Notes: generated by a model not told the origin, from the sequence alone. 64,000 nt of DNA from Bdellovibrionales bacterium CG10_big_fil_rev_8_21_14_0_10_45_34 (GCA_002778785.1 PEZS01000010.1:120671-184670); one strand, 5' to 3'; counted from the stretch's first letter, positions 9,353 to 19,481 are shown. A program made the numbers and translations.

Positions 9353-10507
9353 ATGCCTCGATTTTTGGCTGTTTCATCAACTGGTCTTCTGGACGTCCTG
9401 GAGCAAGAGCTCACTGACTTAGGTTTTAGACCTGGCCCCAAAATACCTGGGGCTGTGCCATTTGAAGCGTCGTGGGAAGGTTGCTACAGAGCGAATTATG
9501 AGCTTCGAAGCGCCACGCGGATTCTCTACCCGATTGCGGATTTTTTCGCTTATGACGGTGAAGACCTTTATAACAACATTCGAAAAAGGCACGATTTCAC
9601 AAAGTACATCAATTGTGAGGGAACTCTCGCTGTCTTTTCAACGGTGGGTGAAAGTAAACTCACAGATCAACGTTTTGTTTCGATGAAAGTTAAAGATGCG
9701 ATTGTCGATCAGTTTTACGAAAAATATGATCGACGGCCTAATGTCGAAAGCAAACAGCCGGATTTGCCTATAGTCGTGCACGTTATTAAAAATCACGTTC
9801 ATGTCGCTCTAGATACTTCGGGTGAATCACTCTATCGCAGGGGCTATAAAACAGAAACTGTAACTGCCCCCATAAAAGAGCACTTGGCATTCGCCCTTCT
9901 CAAGATGACGGGTTGGAAACCCGGCATAACACTCGTCGACCCAATGTGTGGATCGGGGACGTTTTTGATCGAGGCCGCATTGTGGGCGGCGCAAGTGGCT
10001 CCCGGCACTTTCAGGCGACGGTTTGCTTTTCAAAGATGGCTGAATTTTCAGAAAGACAAGTATCAGTTGATCACGCAAGAGGCTTCTCAGCGAGAGCTTG
10101 AGGTGCCCGAAAGCCCCGTTTACTTTGGGTTTGATCAAGACAGATCTGCAATTAGGGCGGCAAAAGAAAACGCGCAGAACGCTGGCGTTGAGTCGGCTAT
10201 TGCCCTTAGAACCCAGTCTGTGCAGTTATTGACGCCTCCAGAGGGAGTTGAGCCGGGGATAGTGGTAATTAATCCCCCTTATGGCGAGAGATTAGATTTT
10301 GAAATCGAAGAAGCCTATCGTGACCTTGGATACACATTAAAGAAAAATTTCGCTGGCTGGGATGTATGGATACTTTCTGGAAATGCCGATGCACTGAAGT
10401 TTTTGCAGATGAAAAGCGATAAGAAGTTTCGAGTTTTCAATGGTCCAATCGACTGCCGTTGGCTTAGATATCAGGTGCGTCAGGGCCCTGAACGACCAAC
10501 TACTTAG
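9353..10507 (+). CDS. THUMP-domain class I SAM-dependent RNA methyltransferase (RlmL-like)
   Basis: THUMP-like N-terminal part, SAM motif DPMCGSGTFLIEA and catalytic INPPYGERL. The ORF track starts at 9326, but ATG 9353 (MPRFLAVSSTG) is more plausible. Confidence 0.85.
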   Translation: MPRFLAVSSTGLLDVLEQELTDLGFRPGPKIPGAVPFEASWEGCYRANYELRSATRILYPIADFFAYDGEDLYNNIRKRHDFTKYINCEGTLAVFSTVGESKLTDQRFVSMKVKDAIVDQFYEKYDRRPNVESKQPDLPIVVHVIKNHVHVALDTSGESLYRRGYKTETVTAPIKEHLAFALLKMTGWKPGITLVDPMCGSGTFLIEAALWAAQVAPGTFRRRFAFQRWLNFQKDKYQLITQEASQRELEVPESPVYFGFDQDRSAIRAAKENAQNAGVESAIALRTQSVQLLTPPEGVEPGIVVINPPYGERLDFEIEEAYRDLGYTLKKNFAGWDVWILSGNADALKFLQMKSDKKFRVFNGPIDCRWLRYQVRQGPERPTT

Positions 10508-10549
10508 AAGTAGCTGACAGAGAAAAGGCACTTTTTTTTACCTTTTCGT

Positions 10550-10918
10550 TTAGGCGGGTTTGTAGATAGCCGCGTAGGCGGCAATCAAGAGACTCAACGT
10601 GAGTACGCCAAACAGGATTCGGGCTTTGGATGGCACCTTCCAAATAAATGCCAGCCATGCGCCAAGAAAGAGCCAAACGGCGAGTTTAATATAAACCCAA
10701 AGGCTCCAATCCCTCATAATCCCGAGACGAGCGAGTAATCCAAACCCAGTAACAAGTGCGATAAGTAACGCCACTCCGTGGACAATGCTTACGAGTTTAC
10801 GTCTTTTAAAGTTTGCTTTTTGGCCACCTTCAACTCGGTAGAGACTGACTCCGCCCAAAATGACTAATAACAAACCCCAGCTCAAAATATGAATCAATTT
10901 GTAAAACTCGTAAGACAT
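10550..10918 (-). CDS. small integral membrane protein (4 TM, SirB2-like topology)
   Basis: 122 aa with four hydrophobic helices. Family assignment is tentative. Confidence 0.6.
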   Translation of the reverse strand: MSYEFYKLIHILSWGLLLVILGGVSLYRVEGGQKANFKRRKLVSIVHGVALLIALVTGFGLLARLGIMRDWSLWVYIKLAVWLFLGAWLAFIWKVPSKARILFGVLTLSLLIAAYAAIYKPA

Positions 10919-10953
10919 TTGGCCTCAGTCGGTAGGATTACCAGTAAATACCT

Positions 10954-11697
10954 TTAGTAGGTATGAACGATAGACCCATTCTGTATAATTTCGTTCAAAC
11001 TCTGCCCGTTATTGGCCCGAACGTGAACAAGATGGAGCTTATCGGAAAGCCTGGCTTTTACAACTTTAGAAAAGCGAATCTCTGTTCTTTCGCAGTCTTG
11101 CCCCTCAAGCGTCACAGTGGGAACAATAAGTAAGACGTTGCCGTCTTGAATCTCAGCTCTCACTCTGTCGAGTTTCATGCAAGTGTTGGTCAAAAAACCG
11201 CGAATCTTGAGTTCTGTTGCGCCGTCATCAGTGAGCTTGGATTCTAGGTCATAAACATCGGCGTAGAGCTCGGCGTCTTGAGGAGCATTTGGCTGCGCCA
11301 AAGAAACATTGATGTTATTTTTGACGACTTCTTCTTCGTTTTCCCCTTTTGCGGTGATCGTGTAATCGCCGGCATTGAGTAGCCCGATGTTAATCACTTT
11401 TTTGTAAGGTTGAATTTGCATAGTGCAAATCGCGCCAGAAGCAAAAAGCTCTTTGTCTTCAATAACAATCTTCTTATTTGTTTTGTCGACTGTAAAAAAA
11501 GTAGGCCCCATTTTGTGACAGCCATTCGGATAAAACCCCGAAATGACAATCTGAGAATTGTCATTTGAGTCAAATCCAACTGGAACAAATGCGTGGTCCG
11601 GAATTTTGTTTTGCTCTTTAGTCTCAAAGCTTTGCGCCTGAGCGGATGATGCGAAAGCGACAACTAGAGCTATAAGCCCGCAACTAAATGATTTCAT
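10954..11697 (-). CDS. hypothetical secreted protein with internal domain duplication
   Basis: Signal peptide MKSFSCGLIALVVAFASSAQA. Two segments of about 90 aa each carry a conserved Cys pair (GFYPNGCHK...AICTMQ and GFLTNTCMK...QDCERTE). Confidence 0.65.
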   Translation of the reverse strand: MKSFSCGLIALVVAFASSAQAQSFETKEQNKIPDHAFVPVGFDSNDNSQIVISGFYPNGCHKMGPTFFTVDKTNKKIVIEDKELFASGAICTMQIQPYKKVINIGLLNAGDYTITAKGENEEEVVKNNINVSLAQPNAPQDAELYADVYDLESKLTDDGATELKIRGFLTNTCMKLDRVRAEIQDGNVLLIVPTVTLEGQDCERTEIRFSKVVKARLSDKLHLVHVRANNGQSLNEIIQNGSIVHTY

Positions 11698-11899
11698 GAT
11701 TTCCCCCTGTTTTGGACCAAATCACACTGAGTAAATAAAACACTCACTCACGTAGATTTGGACTCCTTCAGTTAACAACTAAAACGAAGGAGTCCACTAT
11801 GTAATGACTTTTATCATTTTTTCAAAATGTATTTTTTTTTGGTGCAGGGCGCTTTCTCGGAGTGTCTCTCGCACCATTTCTTAAACGTAGCAAGCAAAC

Positions 11900-11923
11900 G
11901 ACACGGGGACAGCCCCTGGTGTC
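11900..11923 (-). terminator. putative intrinsic terminator downstream of hpf
   Basis: Hairpin GACAC-GGGG-ACAG-CCCC-(TG)-GTGTC lies 12 nt after the hpf stop, followed on the minus strand by GTTTGCTTGC. Confidence 0.45.
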
Positions 11924-11934
11924 GTCTGATTCCC

Positions 11935-12234
11935 TTAGTGACGTCTTTCTTCAATTATCTTTTCTTTAGACTCTTTAACGCGCCTAGATAGAATATGACT
12001 AGCTTTTGTGATCATCTCGTAGAGATCTCCGCCTTTTTCGCTAGCAATAATGTCATGTTTCCAGGCATGAACTTTCATCAAAGCAGAAAACACCTTGGGA
12101 TTTGTTTCGTTCAAAATGACATCCACTGTGCTTTCGGCAGGCAAGATAGCGTCTAGGCCTTCGAGGTGTTCAGCCACATGAGTTTCGATGCTTTCTGTTA
12201 GGTCGAAGTGTTCGCATTTGATCACATGTTTCAT
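11935..12234 (-). CDS. hpf: ribosome hibernation promoting factor / RaiA family (short form)
   Basis: 99 aa. IKCEHFDLTESIETHVAEHLEGLD...DLYEMITKASHILSRRVKESKEK matches the S30AE/HPF fold pattern. Confidence 0.85.
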   Translation of the reverse strand: MKHVIKCEHFDLTESIETHVAEHLEGLDAILPAESTVDVILNETNPKVFSALMKVHAWKHDIIASEKGGDLYEMITKASHILSRRVKESKEKIIEERRH

Positions 12235-12290
12235 ATTGTCCTCCTAGTTCTATAATTGTGCCTATATTCGAAAAATCAAGGCACGGCCTC

Positions 12291-13448
12291 CTACTTTTTC
12301 TTGCTAGTCTCTATAAGCGATTTATATCGCTTTAATTGAGCTTTGACGTCTGGAGGTATATTGGTCCCTAGCGAGCCACTGAAAGATACAACAATGGCGT
12401 CCTCAAGCTCTTTGTAGCAGGCTTTTGCAACGGAGGTTTTAGGGTCTTTGACGATACACTCCTTGAGGTACATTTCGGAAAGTGGATAGAGAAGATTTTC
12501 TTTTAAATGGCGATCACAAGTCGCCAGCCATAGCAAAAGACTCTGTGTTTGTTCAGAAGGCAGGTCTTCATTGAGACGTTTATAAATTATACCAGAGAGC
12601 CTAAGATAGACGACAGCTTGTCGGTCTAGATCTTCGGTCGCAAAGGCTTGAGCCCTGTCGTAAAGGCATTTTGCTTCTATGAAATCTGACTGATTCTTGC
12701 AGTATTCCTGATTTTTCCAGGCCTGGAATTCGCCAATCCAGGCTTCGATTGATTTTCTGAGCGGTGGTGGAAGCTTTCGGTTTTTCAAAATCTTAGTGAA
12801 GTCTTCTACGCCCTGCTCAGGATCTTGCCTGTTCCGCGCGACTATGGCGAGATTTCTATTCAAAGCAGATTCAAGCTGTTCATGGTTGGTATTCTTGGGG
12901 TAACTTACAATCACTTCTGCAAATAAGTTGTAAGCTCCTTTGAATTCGCGCGTGAGGTAAAGCCACTCGGCTTTCTCAAATTTGCTATCAAATGATTCCG
13001 ATTTTTCTTGCGTTGACAAAGACGACTGCCAGTTCATCTGAACATGGCAGGTCATGCAGATACCGTAAGTACTCTTCGCCATCCATCGAGCATATTCTTT
13101 GTTGCCCCCCTCAAAGGCTTGCGCAGTTCCTACAAGGTGCTCTTGCAAAACTTCTCTAGAGGCACGAAATCCGGGCAATTTCAGCATGTGCTGATCGAGG
13201 GAACTTTTCGACACATCAGCCATGTGCCGAAGAGCCGTCTGAATGGGGACTTGATTTGCTTTAGCATCGAATCGTTTTTGACTAGAAAGATAAGGTTCGA
13301 GCTTCTTTAAGTCAGTGTAGAACTCGCGCATAACTCCTGTAACGGAGGATTGATTCTCTGCTGGCTTTTCTTGAGAAGCTTTTTTGCCTGAAGAGCACGA
13401 AACTAAAAGAAAACTAGCTAAAAAAACCAGCGAAAACTTTGATCTCAT
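12291..13448 (-). CDS. lipoprotein with a single CXXCH haem-c motif
   Basis: Lipobox FLLVSCSS. CMTCH at residues 131-135 (nt 13044..13058). The helical-repeat-like remainder matches no family I recognise. Confidence 0.7.
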   Translation of the reverse strand: MRSKFSLVFLASFLLVSCSSGKKASQEKPAENQSSVTGVMREFYTDLKKLEPYLSSQKRFDAKANQVPIQTALRHMADVSKSSLDQHMLKLPGFRASREVLQEHLVGTAQAFEGGNKEYARWMAKSTYGICMTCHVQMNWQSSLSTQEKSESFDSKFEKAEWLYLTREFKGAYNLFAEVIVSYPKNTNHEQLESALNRNLAIVARNRQDPEQGVEDFTKILKNRKLPPPLRKSIEAWIGEFQAWKNQEYCKNQSDFIEAKCLYDRAQAFATEDLDRQAVVYLRLSGIIYKRLNEDLPSEQTQSLLLWLATCDRHLKENLLYPLSEMYLKECIVKDPKTSVAKACYKELEDAIVVSFSGSLGTNIPPDVKAQLKRYKSLIETSKKK

Positions 13449-14212
13449 GGAAGGTCCTCCGAAGTTTGTCCTTGGATGTCAAATTCTGCGACTAGGGCCG
13501 CATGATCTGAAAGTCTATTCCATGGGCGGCCACTAATCACCTTCTGATTTAAAAGGTCGAGCCCTCGAAAGTAGATCCTGTCAAGTTTTAATAGGGGCAT
13601 TGCTGATGGAAACGATCTGGCATGACGTCTTGTCGTAGACCAAAAGATTTCAGAAAGTTTGTTGTTTTGCGAAAAAAGAGGCGTGAGTTTTTGGTTCCAA
13701 TCGTTGAAGTCGCCTGCGAATAGGATTTTTTCTTTGGCATTAGTGTTTTCAGAAAGCCATTTTGACATCCATTTCGCCTGTGACCACCTGCCTGCTTCCA
13801 AAAGATCGAAATGAGTGCAGCACAATAAAATATTTTGACCTTTCTCTTCAATGTTAAGCCGACACGTGAGTAGGCCGCGTTTCTCTAGTTTGTTTGTGGA
13901 AATGTCATAATTGATAACGTCCTCAAGTGCAAACCGACTGAGGATTGCATTTCCGTGATGGCCGCGCGAGTGAACAGAGTTCTTTCCATAGGCGTGATGG
14001 TCCCAAATCTCATGTGCTAAGTATTCGAGCTGAGTGCTTGGGTTCGGTAGAGCCGATTCATCATGAAAATCATGTAGCATACCTCCCACTTCTTGCAGGA
14101 ACACGAGATCTGCCTCTAACTGGCGTATGCCCGCCCTCAGTTCCTCGAGTATTTTGGTTCCCCGCCAATTGTAACCTTTATGAATGTTATAGGATAGAAC
14201 TCGAAGTCTCAT
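13445..14212 (-). CDS. endonuclease/exonuclease/phosphatase (EEP) family protein
   Basis: MRLRVLSYNIHKG...LVFLQEV...SDHAALVAEF. I prefer ATG 14212 (TAATG junction with the upstream gene) to the track start at 14239. Confidence 0.8.
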   Translation of the reverse strand: MRLRVLSYNIHKGYNWRGTKILEELRAGIRQLEADLVFLQEVGGMLHDFHDESALPNPSTQLEYLAHEIWDHHAYGKNSVHSRGHHGNAILSRFALEDVINYDISTNKLEKRGLLTCRLNIEEKGQNILLCCTHFDLLEAGRWSQAKWMSKWLSENTNAKEKILFAGDFNDWNQKLTPLFSQNNKLSEIFWSTTRRHARSFPSAMPLLKLDRIYFRGLDLLNQKVISGRPWNRLSDHAALVAEFDIQGQTSEDLP

Positions 14213-15150
14213 TATTTTGCTTGAGAGCGGTCTATCCAAAGAATTCCGTTTGATGTTTCAAGAAGCGATAAGGCAACGCTGCCAATGAGTCTTGATTCAA
14301 ACTTTCCGGACTCAGATCCCAGTGCAACCATAACGCCCTTTTTCTTTGACAAAGAAGTCAGTTCATCAATCAAGGAAACGTCAGAACCTTTTAATGTAAG
14401 CTTTGCTGGCACCTTGCTTTGCCTAGCAAGGTTAAGGAAGTCCGCCCCATTTTTTTGTGCATTTTTTCTTTCTGCAGTCGACATAGGAGTTGATGTGATC
14501 CAGCCGCCGCCAATGATATAAACGCCAGACTGGATAAGCGCGCTCATATTCGAAACAATCTTATGGTAGACAATGACCTTTGCACTGAAATGTTTGGCGT
14601 ATCGCAAAACATGAGCAAACGCTTTTCGGCTAGAAGTTGAAAAATCAGTGGCGAACACAATGGTTTTTAAAGCAGAAAGATCTAATCTGTCGCTAGGAAC
14701 TACAAGCAGGGGCGTTTTGCTTTTAAAAAGCAAGCTTTGAGTGAAGCTTCCAGCGCCGCGACCTTCGTAGTCTGGGGAAGTCTTGAGTGTCACGATACAT
14801 TGTGCTCGCTGAGAGCGCGCGAAGCGGGAAAGCAAGAGAGCCGCCTGATCTTGCCCTGGCTTCGTGGAGCGAAGAATCTTAAGAGGACGAACTCCACCTT
14901 GTTCAAATTTTTTAAGGAGATTTCTTGATTCTTCTAATACAGCCAGTTCCAGCTTTTGTGAGAAGGCTACAGAGAAAGTTTGTTCAATCTGGAATATATC
15001 AGGCGACATGACAAAAACGGGTTGGACGATTACTCCTCGTTCAGCGAAAAACAGGCTCAACGACTTGAGTAATCTTTTGTTGTACTTCAGAAATTTAGGC
15101 TGAGGGTCAATGGCCCAAAGAATCTTTTTGAGAGTTTGATCTGATTTCAT
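14212..15150 (-). CDS. tandem universal stress protein (UspA-like)
   Basis: Two Usp-like halves (KKILWAIDP... and IVFATDFSTSSRKAFAHVLRYAKHF...). ATG 15150 avoids the 35-nt overlap with lpxD that the track start 15201 implies. Confidence 0.65.
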   Translation of the reverse strand: MKSDQTLKKILWAIDPQPKFLKYNKRLLKSLSLFFAERGVIVQPVFVMSPDIFQIEQTFSVAFSQKLELAVLEESRNLLKKFEQGGVRPLKILRSTKPGQDQAALLLSRFARSQRAQCIVTLKTSPDYEGRGAGSFTQSLLFKSKTPLLVVPSDRLDLSALKTIVFATDFSTSSRKAFAHVLRYAKHFSAKVIVYHKIVSNMSALIQSGVYIIGGGWITSTPMSTAERKNAQKNGADFLNLARQSKVPAKLTLKGSDVSLIDELTSLSKKKGVMVALGSESGKFESRLIGSVALSLLETSNGILWIDRSQAK

Positions 15151-15166
15151 AGGCCATTCACTCTTT

Positions 15167-16219
15167 CTATTTAAGTAGTTTTTTAAGTCTCCTAATATCA
15201 TTTACCATATCTGGTAGGCGGCTCAATGCTGATAAAATACGGAGATGCTTTTGAAGACTTTGCAGTGGATATCCTGCGTAGGCACCAGCTTCTTGTACGT
15301 CTTTTGAGACTCCGGCCATACCCCCCAGTTGGACGCGGTCAGCCACATGGACATGATCCGATACGGAAGCTCTGCCGGCTGCAAGGACGTACTTTCCGAG
15401 CGTGGAGGAGCCTGCCATCATGAATCCTGCCGTCAAAACAGAGCCTTCACCAACGCTGCAGTTGTGAGCAATGTGGATCAGATTGTCTAGCTTCGCGCCC
15501 TTACCAATAACCGTTGCCCCAAAGGTGGCTCGGTCAATCGTACAGTTGGCGCCAATTTCCACTTCATCTTCAATTATTACGTAGCCTCTTTGGGGAATCG
15601 AGTGATGTCGACCGGAGCTATCAGTTGTGAGCCCAAAACCTCGAGATCCTATGGTAGTATTTGGTCCAATCTCACAAAAACTGCCAACTCTTGTTCCAAA
15701 CTGAATAATGGCTCCTGAATGGATCACTGTGTTATCACCGACGCAAACTCCGTCTTCGAGAACAACATTGGCTCCGATGACGGCGTGCTTTCCAACTTTA
15801 ACATGCTTTCCTAGGGTCGCATTCGGTCCAACAAAAGCTGTGGGATCAACAAGGCAGTCAACACCGATCACAGCAGAAGGGTCCGTCTGCCTGGGCCATT
15901 GGCTCCAAGGTTCGGTGGTAAAAAAACGCTCAATAATCTTCGCGGCTGTCAGTGTTGGATTTGCACAGACGACAATCGCTATGTTTTTGTCTTCTACGAG
16001 AGGGTGTGCCGCTTGAGCCAATTTATCGTTTACCAAAAGGGCCGCGGGCGCCTTTAGCTGAAGCTGCGAAAGCATTTTAGGCTGCGCGGCATAACTGATG
16101 GTGAAAGGGCGCTGCTCTTCGATGGGTGTAACGTCTTCAACCAAAAAGTCAGGGATTCTCTTAAACGGGGTGGCGTCGGGGGTGGATTCTAAAATGACGC
16201 TAAACGGTATTTGAATCAT
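15167..16219 (-). CDS. lpxD: UDP-3-O-acylglucosamine N-acyltransferase
   Basis: 350 aa with a long left-handed beta-helix hexapeptide region ([31 protein letters not shown]...). Length and N-terminal domain are typical of LpxD. Confidence 0.85.
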   Translation of the reverse strand: MIQIPFSVILESTPDATPFKRIPDFLVEDVTPIEEQRPFTISYAAQPKMLSQLQLKAPAALLVNDKLAQAAHPLVEDKNIAIVVCANPTLTAAKIIERFFTTEPWSQWPRQTDPSAVIGVDCLVDPTAFVGPNATLGKHVKVGKHAVIGANVVLEDGVCVGDNTVIHSGAIIQFGTRVGSFCEIGPNTTIGSRGFGLTTDSSGRHHSIPQRGYVIIEDEVEIGANCTIDRATFGATVIGKGAKLDNLIHIAHNCSVGEGSVLTAGFMMAGSSTLGKYVLAAGRASVSDHVHVADRVQLGGMAGVSKDVQEAGAYAGYPLQSLQKHLRILSALSRLPDMVNDIRRLKKLLK

Positions 16220-16434
16220 TTGTGCCGGTACATAATAAGACCATGTGTGGGGTCATACGGAGACAAACCGACTGTCACTTTATCCCCCACCACGACTCGA
16301 ATATTGAATCGACGCATTTTGCCGCAGAGCTTCGCTGAGACTTCTACGCCGTTGTCTAGTTTCACTTTATAGAGGCCGCCCGCCCCCGCATCGACCACTT
16401 TTCCATCAATTTGTGCTAAATCGTCTCTCGCCAT
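16216..16434 (-). CDS. infA: translation initiation factor IF-1
   Basis: 72 aa. [64 protein letters not shown] overlap with lpxD. Confidence 0.95.
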   Translation of the reverse strand: MARDDLAQIDGKVVDAGAGGLYKVKLDNGVEVSAKLCGKMRRFNIRVVVGDKVTVGLSPYDPTHGLIMYRHK

Positions 16435-16566
16435 AATCTAATGATTTGCCTTTGCTTCAAAATAGTTTACTTAACTCGCCATAAAAGAGAGTGCAGCATT
16501 TATATCTCTTGAGATAAATAAATGACATGATTCATCGTGACAAGGGGAACTTGAAACGGGGTAGGT

Positions 16567-19185
16567 ATGGGGCTGAATTGGATAAGTTTTTTTAACGAGC
16601 AGTGTCCGGGCATACCTGAGAGCGCTGTCAAAGCAGTTCTGGGGCTGGTTCAAGACGGGGCCACCGTGCCGTTTATTGCCAGATACAGAAAAGAAAAAAC
16701 GGGCAACTTGGATGAAGTTCAGGTCCAGGCGGTCATCGACCTGCATGCTACCTTTGAAGAGGTCATCAAGAGACAGGCCTACATTTTAAAAGAGATTGAG
16801 TCCCAGGGTAATCTCAACGAAAATCTTAAAAAGTTGATTTTAGAAACGAAATCCCTCGGCGAGCTCGAAGAGATTTATCGCCCCTACAAAAAGAAAAAGA
16901 AAACCAAAGCAACACTTGCTCGAGAAGCGGGCATCGAACCCTTTGCCGATTGGCTTTTGTCCATCTGCCGGGCGGAGCAAACTGACTCTCTGTCGGTAGA
17001 CATTAAGGCGAGGGAGTTTACAAACGCAGCCAAGGGATTCTTGACTTACGACATGGTTATCAAAGGGGCACAAGATATCGTTGGCGAAAAAGTATCAATT
17101 GATCCTGAGTTGAGAGCTTGGTTACTTGCCGATGTACTTGAGTACGGAAAAATTCAAAGCCGCGCCGGAAAGAAGTACAAAGCGAACTCAAAATTCGAAA
17201 TGTATCAGGAGTTTGAAGAACCCATCAAAAAACTGTTCGAAGAAAAAGCATCTCACCGGTATTTGGCCATGAGGCGAGGTTGGCAAGAAAGTGAACTCAC
17301 AGTCACCATTTTACTTCGCGATGAAGAAGGGGTGGAAGCAAAATTTCAGAATTGGGCGTCACCTGCGCCGGCAGCCAGTGATTCGGCAATTTGTCAGATG
17401 TGTAAAGGGCTAGTAAGAGAGGCTGCTAAAAGTGCCTTTCAGCTGAGCGTTTTGCCCTCAGTTACAAATGAAGTTCACAGGAGATTAAAAGATCAAGCTG
17501 ACGAACACGCGATACGTGTGTTTTCGGAAAACGTTCGAAAGCTATTGCTGGCTAGTCCGTTCGGCCCACGCTGCGTCTTGGGAGTGGATCCAGGTGTTCG
17601 AACAGGAGCAAAAGTGGCCCTTGTCGATAAGGGTGGTAACTATTTGTCTCATACGGTGATGCATTTTTTAGGAGAGCAAGTTGAAGGCACCAAGAAAATG
17701 CTCGGAGAACTGTTTGCCACCATCCCGGTTGACGCAATCGGAGTCGGTAATGGAACCGCTGGGCGCGAGACCGAAGCAGCGGTACGAAAGATCGTCCAAG
17801 AACTTGGGCTCACTATTCCAGTTGTTTTGGTTAACGAAAGTGGCGCAAGTATTTATTCGGCATCCGAAGTTGCGCGTGAAGAGTTTCCGAATCTTGACCT
17901 GACAGTTAGAGGGGCTATTTCGATTGCTCGCAGGTTGCAGGACCCACTGGCGGAACTTGTTAAAATTGATCCCAAAAGTATTGGAGTCGGTCAGTATCAG
18001 CACGATGTCTCTCAGCCCAGGCTTAAGAAATCTTTGGATTTTATTGTTCAATCGTGCGTGAACCACGTTGGTGTTAATCTCAATACAGCTTCTAGCTATT
18101 TGCTTCAGTATGTATCAGGAATTGGGCCGCAACTTGCGCAGCAAATTGTTGGACATAGAAAAGAAAAGGGTCTCTTTAAATCACGCGATGAACTTTTGAG
18201 TGTGCCGAAGTTTTCCTCGAAAGCGTTTGAGCAGGGGGCAGGTTTCTTGCGAGTGCTCGAGTCAGATAACGTGCTCGATAGAACCGGAATTCACCCAGAA
18301 AGATATGGTGCGGTGAGAGATATGGCTCAAACCTTGGGTCTTACGCTGTCACAGCTTGCTAGTCTCGACGGCATCTCAAAATTAAAAGAAGAGAAAGCGA
18401 AATTTGCGCCACTCATTGGAGAGTTCACTTTTGTTGATATTGTGTCAGAGCTTGAAAAACCGGGGCGTGATCCACGTGATCCTTATAAGGTTTTCACTTT
18501 TCGAGAAGACATTCACGAACTTAAAGACCTTAAAGAAGGAATGCTTTGTCCGGGCATTGTAACTAATGTGACTAACTTTGGTGCTTTTGTGGATATCGGA
18601 GTCCACCAGGACGGCTTGGCTCATATCTCGGAGCTGACTCACAAATTTGTAGACGATCCCAAGTTGGTGGTTAGTCCCGGTGATCAAGTTCAAGTGAAAG
18701 TGCTAAAGGTCGACCTCGATAAAAAACAAATCGCTCTTACGATGAAGCTCACGGATCCGCCTGCAAGATCTCCTGGTCAAACCAGATCGCCACACAATCG
18801 TGCCGGGGGTTCTGAAAGTAGAGAGACCCGCCCAAGGCGTAGACCTGAGAACTCAGAGGCGCCTCAAAGAAGTGGTGATGGCGACAGTCGCTCTGCCAAT
18901 CGCCCTGCTCGGCGAGATCGAAATGGGGAGTCGGGTGGCGATGCTCGGCGCTTTTCGGGTAGAAGCGGCAGCGAACGCCCACAAGGCCGAAGGGGCGATG
19001 CACCCAAAGAAGGTTCAACGCAAAAAGGTGGCGGAGCAAAATTTCGAGATGAAAAAGGTAGATCCGGCGATCGTCAAAAAAACTTTGGCGGCAAAGATGG
19101 CTCGAAAGCACAACCAAGACGTGAAGGTGGCAAACCGTTCAACAATTCTTTTGCTGACCTAGCCAGTTTGCTAAAGAGGAATTGA
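16567..19185 (+). CDS. tex: Tex-like transcription accessory protein (S1 domain) with Arg/Gly-rich tail
   Basis: N-terminal VPFIARYRKEKTGNLDE, a YqgF/HhH core, S1 domain GIVTNVTNFGAFVDIGVHQDGLAHISEL, then a disordered R/G/S-rich tail of about 150 aa. Confidence 0.9.
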   Translation: MGLNWISFFNEQCPGIPESAVKAVLGLVQDGATVPFIARYRKEKTGNLDEVQVQAVIDLHATFEEVIKRQAYILKEIESQGNLNENLKKLILETKSLGELEEIYRPYKKKKKTKATLAREAGIEPFADWLLSICRAEQTDSLSVDIKAREFTNAAKGFLTYDMVIKGAQDIVGEKVSIDPELRAWLLADVLEYGKIQSRAGKKYKANSKFEMYQEFEEPIKKLFEEKASHRYLAMRRGWQESELTVTILLRDEEGVEAKFQNWASPAPAASDSAICQMCKGLVREAAKSAFQLSVLPSVTNEVHRRLKDQADEHAIRVFSENVRKLLLASPFGPRCVLGVDPGVRTGAKVALVDKGGNYLSHTVMHFLGEQVEGTKKMLGELFATIPVDAIGVGNGTAGRETEAAVRKIVQELGLTIPVVLVNESGASIYSASEVAREEFPNLDLTVRGAISIARRLQDPLAELVKIDPKSIGVGQYQHDVSQPRLKKSLDFIVQSCVNHVGVNLNTASSYLLQYVSGIGPQLAQQIVGHRKEKGLFKSRDELLSVPKFSSKAFEQGAGFLRVLESDNVLDRTGIHPERYGAVRDMAQTLGLTLSQLASLDGISKLKEEKAKFAPLIGEFTFVDIVSELEKPGRDPRDPYKVFTFREDIHELKDLKEGMLCPGIVTNVTNFGAFVDIGVHQDGLAHISELTHKFVDDPKLVVSPGDQVQVKVLKVDLDKKQIALTMKLTDPPARSPGQTRSPHNRAGGSESRETRPRRRPENSEAPQRSGDGDSRSANRPARRDRNGESGGDARRFSGRSGSERPQGRRGDAPKEGSTQKGGGAKFRDEKGRSGDRQKNFGGKDGSKAQPRREGGKPFNNSFADLASLLKRN

Positions 19186-19295
19186 TCACTAGCTAGAAAA
19201 AAAGCTGACAGTGTAATTTAGAGGAAGCGGGAATTAGGCCAGAGAAGACTTGGACCTTGCTCAAGTCCAAGCCCTCTTGGCCCATGTGACCAAAT

Positions 19296-19481
19296 CTACA
19301 AATGGACGGATGATTCGCCCATCCATTCAGAGTAATGGTAGACATCGCTGTGATACTTGCAGTCGTCGCAAAAGCGCTGGAAGCGATTTCGCGCAGCGAA
19401 TTCTCGGTTGCAGATATTGCAACTTCTCCTAGGACGGTCTCCTACTTTAACGCGAGCTGAAAATTTGCTTTTGTTTTTCAT
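19296..19481 (-). CDS. small zinc-ribbon protein (hypothetical)
   Basis: 61 aa with CNIC...CDDC (CxxC-x16-CxxC) and a basic N-terminus. It is the only ORF in an otherwise non-coding stretch of about 680 nt. Confidence 0.5.
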   Translation of the reverse strand: MKNKSKFSARVKVGDRPRRSCNICNREFAARNRFQRFCDDCKYHSDVYHYSEWMGESSVHL

